A stretch of DNA of 63,608 bases, the filler included, from Pelomyxa schiedti (Eukaryota > Protista > Evosea): NCBI GenBank assembly GCA_020536535.1. It is 8 parts of 8 records of this genome, joined end to end, with 100 filler letters (N's around TTAATTAATTAA, not from the genome) between each part and the next. Parts side by side here need not be neighbours in the genome. Positions count along the whole stretch, not along the records: positions 43,010 to 59,197 come from JAHLWZ010001146.1; positions 59,298 to 62,446 come from JAHLWZ010001816.1; positions 62,547 to 63,608 come from JAHLWZ010002904.1; 5 more parts are not named here. One strand, given 5' to 3'. Position numbers and translations under genes: made by a program. Within the stretch, counting starts at the first letter, position 1. Each line of letters opens with the position of its first letter. Shown one piece after another: positions 57,639 to 63,608 of the stretch. The notes under the pieces were generated by a model, which was given only the letters and a program-made list of their open reading frames with translations, was not told the origin of the DNA and made no database searches.

Positions 57639-58895
57639 TCAGGTGTGGAATCCAAAGGAACAAGCAAAGACCCTTGAATATGGGAATGTGTGTGCTGTTG
57701 TGAATGACAGCATCTTGACACCACTCATTGCATGAATCAAACTGAACATGTTACCGCAGCTGCCACTTCCATCATCATCCTCTTGTGTTTCTGCATGAGT
57801 TTCCTGGCGTGAAATCAACAGGAAGCCACAACCAGTGGTGACTGTTGTGTGAGGATACTCGCACACAGGGTGGCTCAGGTCATTGATGTTGTACACCCTC
57901 GTTGTGTGGCTCTGTGTGTCATCTGAAAGGCACAGGTGTTGGTCGTCCACAACGTGGAGTGTGCCTGTGTATTTGCACACCACCTTCCCTGTCATTGCGT
58001 TCACTACAACTGCGCTACCCCTATTGTAGCTCCTGAGTATCAGGAACACGTTGCCTTCGCTGTCACACATAAGCCTGGTTGGCATTAACCTCTGGTCTGG
58101 AATCAGTGTCTCAGTTGGCACAGTGGCCTGAGAAATGAAAGAAAAGCTGAGAACCCGGTCTTGGAATGTCTTCTCCAAATCGATGAGCAGAAATGGCCCA
58201 CACTTTGACCTGTCACCTCCAATTGCAATGAGGCCATCACCCTCACCTATTCTCGAATCCTCACTGGTGGTTCTGATATTCCATGATGAATTCGTTGTTG
58301 TGAAGTGGAAGTGGCTGTAATTCCCACCGACTGGAAGTGGCACCTGCAGTAAGTTGATTGTGTGGAGCCTCAGCAAGCTCCACAGCTTCAGAGCAGTGCC
58401 ATTCGACGTGGAGCACACACACCACTTCCTGTTGCATGTCACCACGGCCATGAAGCTATCAGCCAGTGTGTGACTGCCCCTTATTAATGGAGCTTCTGGC
58501 ACCGCATCACCTTGTGCCAACGACTCGGGGCCGGAGCTGATAGGGATCACGGTGGTGTAGTAAGTGGTGTAACTCCCAACAACCATGGTCTCACTGTCAA
58601 CCAGGCCATAAACAGGGCAGTCGTGTGTCTCAGTCATCACACTCGGTTGGTGGACGATCCCACAAGTCGGTGACGCCGTGGCGGTGATGTTGAGAAACCG
58701 TGAGGGGTCAGTTGAAATCCGAGCTGAAATCACCAACCTCGTTGACGGGGCCGTCACCCATAACTGAGAAATATCGCGCAACACAGTGGCAGGGAGTATC
58801 CCGGCAGGACTGAGTGTCCCGCACCTCGAGTGGTGGCACATCACAAAAGCCAGCGCTTGTGACCTCGCTTTGATGTGAACGATGCTCCTCTCCAT
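57639..58895 (-). CDS. intronless lineage-specific family protein, tandem copy B
   Basis: Same N-terminus as copy A; open 419-codon frame with small indels relative to copy A. Confidence 0.85.
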   Translation of the reverse strand: MERSIVHIKARSQALAFVMCHHSRCGTLSPAGILPATVLRDISQLWVTAPSTRLVISARISTDPSRFLNITATASPTCGIVHQPSVMTETHDCPVYGLVDSETMVVGSYTTYYTTVIPISSGPESLAQGDAVPEAPLIRGSHTLADSFMAVVTCNRKWCVCSTSNGTALKLWSLLRLHTINLLQVPLPVGGNYSHFHFTTTNSSWNIRTTSEDSRIGEGDGLIAIGGDRSKCGPFLLIDLEKTFQDRVLSFSFISQATVPTETLIPDQRLMPTRLMCDSEGNVFLILRSYNRGSAVVVNAMTGKVVCKYTGTLHVVDDQHLCLSDDTQSHTTRVYNINDLSHPVCEYPHTTVTTGCGFLLISRQETHAETQEDDDGSGSCGNMFSLIHAMSGVKMLSFTTAHTFPYSRVFACSFGFHT

Positions 58896-59197
58896 CACAT
58901 AAAAAGGTTCCCCGAAGGGTTATTGATGGGCGAAGATTGGAGAGTACACCAAGCATTTGAGTGCAAGTCAAATGAGAAAAACAGATTTTTTGTGAGCAAG
59001 GCAGGGTGAAGCGGCCCGATTTTGCCGGGATTTGTTGATGTTTTGTGCCGCGGGGCGGTTGGCGCGGCGGCGGCATCGCGGCGTGTGTGTTCGTTGAATC
59101 GGGTCTCGCCGCGGCTGCGCGGCCTTGACATAAATGGGTTTTGGTGATTGTTCAGTGGCTTGTGTCTTTTGATTATCGCAAGAACCACAATAAAAAT

Positions 59198-59297
59198 NNN
59201 NNNNNNNNNNNNNNNNNNNNNNNNNNNNNNNNNNNNNNNNNTTAATTAATTAANNNNNNNNNNNNNNNNNNNNNNNNNNNNNNNNNNNNNNNNNNNN
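59198..59297. other. artificial contig spacer
   Basis: N44-TTAATTAATTAA-N44. Confidence 0.98.
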
Positions 59298-60006
59298 ACT
59301 GAAGATGCCTGACAATTTTGACACGGACAGACTCCCCAGGTAATGAATGTCCTTGCCTTCTGCATGTTGATTTCAAGTCACAGCCCATTTCATCCATATC
59401 GAGCATGCAATCCACTGGACATCACATATCCTTCAGGGACTTGGTTAATAATAATATTATTATGACAGGTATTAGGATCAAGCAAACCCTGGAGTTATAA
59501 TGTCGGTTATTGGGTGCAACCACCAGAAGATTCTAGAGCCCTAGGGAAATAACTACTATGTGAGATAGACGAAAATCAAAGAAAAAAAAAACCCTAGCAC
59601 CTCATTTTCAGAGCCGATTCTCTTTTTAGTTGTACAGCGCAACTTGAATCCTAGGTTTTTTGTTGCTCGTGAAATATCTGTGACACTTGATCATTGTTAC
59701 AATTAAAATATAGATGAAGGAACAAAACTTGAATAACTTTCCAGTCTTAGCCAACAGAAATTCGATTTGTTCAGCGCTAGTGGAAGACCCTTCTTTACAA
59801 ATAAATTCTTTCAACATACATAGAACCTCTGGTGACATCTTTGTTGGCCGACCTCCTCCATGTCGTGGTTTGTAGCCCAAAGGTCTTTTCTTATATTCGT
59901 ATACAGTAGAAAGAGCCACCCCTTCTTCAAAGGCCACTTGTTGTGCATTCTCATTGTGGGCACGATGTAGCAGCCGGTTCCGCTTCTGTGCAACCCACTG
60001 GTCCAT
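59298..60006 (-). mobile_element. IS630/Tc1-mariner-type transposase remnant with spliceosomal introns
   Basis: HTH region AQQVAFEEGVALSTVYEYKK...GGGRPTKMSPE...TSAEQIEFLL and DISRATKNLGF, then first catalytic-Asp motif VDCMLDMDEMGCDL...RRQGHSLPGE. A stop and a frameshift lie upstream of the DDE motif. Confidence 0.7.
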
Positions 60007-60451
60007 TCACTGAGAAGACAGTGACAGGTTAAGTCGAAAAGATCTTTGCAGGTGCCGAAAGGATCGCCCACAAGTGTCGATATCAGTCGAAATATTGTCG
60101 CTAAAACTATCGCGAGTGCCGATAAATGCCGGAAAGATCGCAACCAATCCACCCCCACAGTCTTGACGGAATGCCACAAGCCACACAAATATTGTTGCAA
60201 AGACTGTTATAAGGAATGACGAAAAAAATGAGGAAAACGTTTGTGGAGGTATTAATATGACACATAACAACATGTCACAGGCACAACGAGCCACACAATA
60301 CACTGTGCTGCCCCCCGCCCACACACACACCACACACAATCCCAAACCTCTTCCTTTTTCTTTTCCCCGAACACAACTTTGTTGGTAAAACTGTTTAACT
60401 TATGGGACGGCCAATCACAAAATGTTTCCTACAACACCAAGTTGGTTTTTT

Positions 60452-61616
60452 TGTAGTTAACTACATTTTACCGGAAAAGATGGCTGGTTCCTTTCTTTTT
60501 TGCACCTGGTGGGAATAAAATAAACAACAGACTGGAACACTGTACTTTTCCTTATCATCACTCAGGATCAGTGGTATGGTGTTTTTTTATTCTGCCACCT
60601 AAAGAGTTACTTTGCCCTCACACAAGTCTCATACTCTGGGTTGGTATGCTGTTTTCTTTTTTGGAGAGGGGACTGGGTTCAGTATTGGTTGGAGCTTCCA
60701 TAAGAATAAGTGTGGGCCAGGTTGGGAACAGGTGGGCACTCCAGCCTTTCATCTTGGCACTTGCAACAGACAACAGAACAGTGGACAAGAAGAAGGATAA
60801 GAAGGGAAAAAATAGCAAGAAGAAGGACAACAAAAGAATGGCAAGAAGAACAAAAACAAGGAGACAACAAAGAAGGGTCACAAGGGTAACAGGAGAGCTG
60901 CTAGGGCTGAGAGCCCCTTCTCCTCTTTCCTTTCTATTGTGCGATTGTTTCCCCAAAGGATGGAACCTCCCACTCCTTGGAATGAAACATAGTATGCTCT
61001 GTGGCCACAGGAACCACCTGACAGTGGTTGCTGGTCGTCTTTGTTTTGAGCATTGTTTATTGAGGTTGGGGCATTGCCTACAGGGGATACACACGCATTG
61101 TTTATGGAGAGAAGAAAACCTTAACTACGTGTAGAAACAATCACAACACACGAGTTTTCTCAAGACGGTGTTGTTTGCTTTGGTACCGACGTACCAACTT
61201 GGTTTGTAGTTAACTACACCCGATTTTTCGTAGTTTACTACAAAAAAGTGTTGATCTTTCCCGTTTTCTCTTCACTGACAACCAAAACAGCCCCACCTGC
61301 GACATCACATACTCCCACCCATTTGTGGGCGTACCCACTATGACTAGACTCTAGACTGAGGACCCAACCCAGCCCAAGAGTCAAGAGATCTAACATCCGG
61401 AATAGCACGATAGCCGTGACGTCAGCTAGCACCTGCAACGCAAATGATAACCAGAGTAAACGAAGAATAATAGATACCCCCAAAGTTATCCCACTTTATT
61501 CCTTAGAAGACCGTCGACAACCACACATTTTTACGTATTTGTCGTTGTGGTTTCACGTCGATTGAGGGTGTCCTGATTGAGAAAACTATTTTTCACATTT
61601 TTTGTAGTTAACTACA
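60452..61616. repeat. three perfect copies of the 14-bp palindrome TGTAGTTAACTACA (60452, 61205, 61603) plus variant GTAGTTTACTAC (61230)
   Basis: Seen directly in the sequence. Confidence 0.95.
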
Positions 61617-61808
61617 TTGGCCATCCCATAAGTTAAACTCTCTGGCAAAGTTCGTGTTCGCTGTTAAGCTGCTTTTTGCACGAAGTTTTACCCACTTGCA
61701 GCAAATTCCAGCCCCAAAAGCACTCCAGTGTGGGTGCCTCCAGCATCCACAACAAAAAAACCACAGTCCAAAAAGTTCGGTAGCCCCACCAGGATTTGAT
61801 CCCCTAGA

Positions 61809-62028
61809 CTTACACATTTTGTGTGTTGTTCTGACGCGTTGAACGCCTGAACAAGTGCAACCTGAACATTTGGAATTTCCAAGTACAACTGTTTGACAAC
61901 TGGAACCCGGGTTGGGTGTTTTCGTCCTGCAACCTAGATTTCCTTCACCCTGTCAACCTAACCCATTGTTCGGGTTGCACTTGTTCGGGCGTTCAACGCA
62001 TCAGAACAACACACGCAAAATGCGTAAG
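61809..62028. mobile_element. MITE-like inverted repeat, ~60-bp arms (61809-61868 and 61967-62028)
   Basis: Arms are reverse complements with four substitutions and one CG indel; ~98-bp spacer with no coding capacity. Confidence 0.6.
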
Positions 62029-62446
62029 GCATATCTGGTTCATAGGGGCGAAATTTCTTCCTCAGGAAAAGCCTCTATGTTTGGAAAAATTTTCACCCGG
62101 GCGAAACAACCGTTTTCCTCTATGATGTATTGTGTGGACTTTTGCCTGGGGCAAAAGCCATGGGTGGCTCAAACAACGTTGTTGTCTCAGGAGGTGTTAT
62201 ATATTTGTCATCAACAAGCACTTTGCCCCACTCAAATCATCAACATGACCTCCGACCCAGACTGAGGAGTTTCTGATTCTGTTAGGTGAAGATTCATTTT
62301 TCCTGTTAGGGATTGAATAACTGTTGAACTGTGCACTGTGACGTGGTGCGTTGTGACAGTTAGCCAGTGTAGAGTTGTTTGCCCCCAATACTGGTGCTGC
62401 CGGAAATGCGACAGTTGAATGAGGGAAAAAAAAGCGCTTTTTTTTT

Positions 62447-62546
62447 NNNNNNNNNNNNNNNNNNNNNNNNNNNNNNNNNNNNNNNNNNNNTTAATTAATT
62501 AANNNNNNNNNNNNNNNNNNNNNNNNNNNNNNNNNNNNNNNNNNNN
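62447..62546. other. artificial contig spacer
   Basis: N44-TTAATTAATTAA-N44. Confidence 0.98.
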
Positions 62547-63239
62547 CGTATCTCTCTGCACCACAGCGCCGTCCTGTACCCTCCACAAGTATAGCGAGAA
62601 GGGCGTGTGAACAACAACCCACAGGAAGCTGCAGTACACAGCAGTCAAAGGGCGTTCCAAAGTAGGCTCCCAGTACAACGCGCAGACCGCGTCGCCGCAT
62701 CCATCAACAACAGTAACAGAAGTCTGATAAGGGGCAAGGTGGGTAACAACGAACCTGTTGCGCCCAATGCACCCGTTCACCCAGTCGTCCCCAAGGTTGC
62801 AGAATGACGTCCACAGCCCAAAATAGACGCCCGCAGTTGCAGACACCTGCATGTGCACGTGCAACTGCGGCCGCGTGATCGCGCCCTCGACCGGGGGAAG
62901 GGCCCAGTTGGCCGTGAACGCGAGGGCGCGGACTGGGCCGACGACCCACTCGCGGCCCAAATGGGCCAGCAGCGACGGGGAGGCCGACAGCGCGCGGGCG
63001 GGGCTGAGCGCGCCGCAGCGGGCAGAGAGGGCCCCGCAGGCAAGCGCGAGGAACTGATTATGGGAATGGGGCAGCGTGGTGGACATCGACGCGGCTATGG
63101 TCCCGCCGTTGTTTTGGATGTCGTTGCTGGTGGCGATACTACCACTGGAAGAAGTTGCAATTGGGGTCAGTTGTTGGGTTCTGGGTCTCTTTGGTGGTTT
63201 TGGTTGTGACGGACATATGCCTGCCTGGTGTGGGTGCAT
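62547..63239 (-). CDS. intronless lineage-specific family protein, 5' part
   Basis: ATG 63239; HNQFLALACGALSARCGALSPARALSASPSLLAHLGREWVVGP; YCSFLWVVV block; truncated by the contig end. Confidence 0.8.
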
Positions 63240-63514
63240 CTTATTTATTAATTAAGAATTTGTATTTCAAAAAAAAAAAGTGCTTCACTACTTTTATCGT
63301 CTTTGATGGATTCGGCCAAGTTGGAGAACTTGTGTTGCAACTTGAGTTGAGCTCTTCTAGCCTGGATCGATACTGCTCCCCCAGTCGATGTATCACTGCC
63401 ACTTTGAAGTCCTCGCCCATCTCTCAGCGAAGTGATGGGTGCAATTCTCTCCTCAGAAGACTCATCAAGTCATTTTCCTGTAACTAGCCCTTAAACTCGT
63501 CTGACGGTCAGACA

Positions 63515-63608
63515 ATGTCTTCAACAAGTGAATGTGAATCTGTGGCATTGAGGCTGAGTGGAACGGGTGACATGATGCCACGCGTAGGTTTCGGCACCTG
63601 GTATGCGT
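63515..63608 (+). CDS. aldo/keto reductase, N-terminus only
   Basis: MSSTSECESVALRLSGTGDMMPRVGFGTWYA matches the AKR N-terminal L-x-x-G-x-x-MP-x-(V/L)GFGTW motif. Confidence 0.75.
   Translation, partial: MSSTSECESVALRLSGTGDMMPRVGFGTWYA

Noticed and set aside
59360-59440. In-frame TGA before CPVDC in the transposase as possible selenocysteine
   Set aside because: It coincides with a frameshift in a decayed transposase; pseudogenisation is the simpler explanation.
60571-61134. Lys/Arg-rich ORF and its antisense hydrophobic ORF between two palindromes
   Set aside because: Low-complexity AAG/AAC repeats keep both strands open; no domain or splice support.
62426-62446. A8-GCGC-T9 palindrome at a contig end
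   Set aside because: Low-complexity and at an assembly break, so not informative.
15549-62546. Recurring TTAATTAATTAA motif inside N runs, and apparent gene neighbourhoods across them
   Set aside because: Artificial six-frame-stop spacer used to concatenate contigs; it has no biological meaning and adjacency across it is not synteny.
63290-63487. Open frames between the family gene and the aldo-keto reductase
   Set aside because: No start or splice context and no motif; probably the shared divergent promoter or UTR.

Overview
Eukaryotic (protist) genomic DNA. It is compact and intron-rich, with about 40-60 nt spliceosomal introns and CpG-rich gene 5' ends. The window is not one locus. It is eight contigs joined by artificial N44-TTAATTAATTAA-N44 spacers (15549, 21224, 24682, 35889, 42910, 59198, 62447), plus four 100-N gaps with duplicated flanks, so gene neighbourhoods across spacers mean nothing. 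The organism is probably an archamoeba such as Pelomyxa; this is inferred from gene style and a recalled protein-family motif and is unverified. Recognisable genes are a DUF229 protein, two RhoGEFs (DH-PH and DH-PH-FYVE), a membrane-anchored class I phosphodiesterase, an AN1 zinc finger, CGR1/CCDC86, V-ATPase subunit E, a RapGAP, a RETSAT-like oxidoreductase, ATG7, pinin, a TKL-type pseudokinase, an RPC7-like and a UXT-like gene, and the start of an aldo-keto reductase. The most notable items are: (1) a complete 9/4-fold selenocysteine tRNA at 52240-52326; (2) a large spliced gene (35999-42482, minus) with seven UBZ4 zinc fingers, each split by a phase-0 intron at the same position, then two CUE domains and an orphan, possibly ADP-ribosyltransferase-like, C-terminal domain; (3) six near-complete members plus one fragment of an intronless, highly divergent ~420-aa family with an N-terminal F-box/SOCS-box-like motif; (4) a clear CpG-to-TpG/CpA decay signature in repeats; (5) a DDX21-like pseudo-helicase lacking its DEAD domain; (6) an intron-containing IS630/Tc1 transposase relic near a cluster of 14-bp palindromes and a MITE-like inverted repeat. 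No rRNA or CRISPR array was found. Exon structures were assembled by hand and family assignments come from motif recognition, not database searches.
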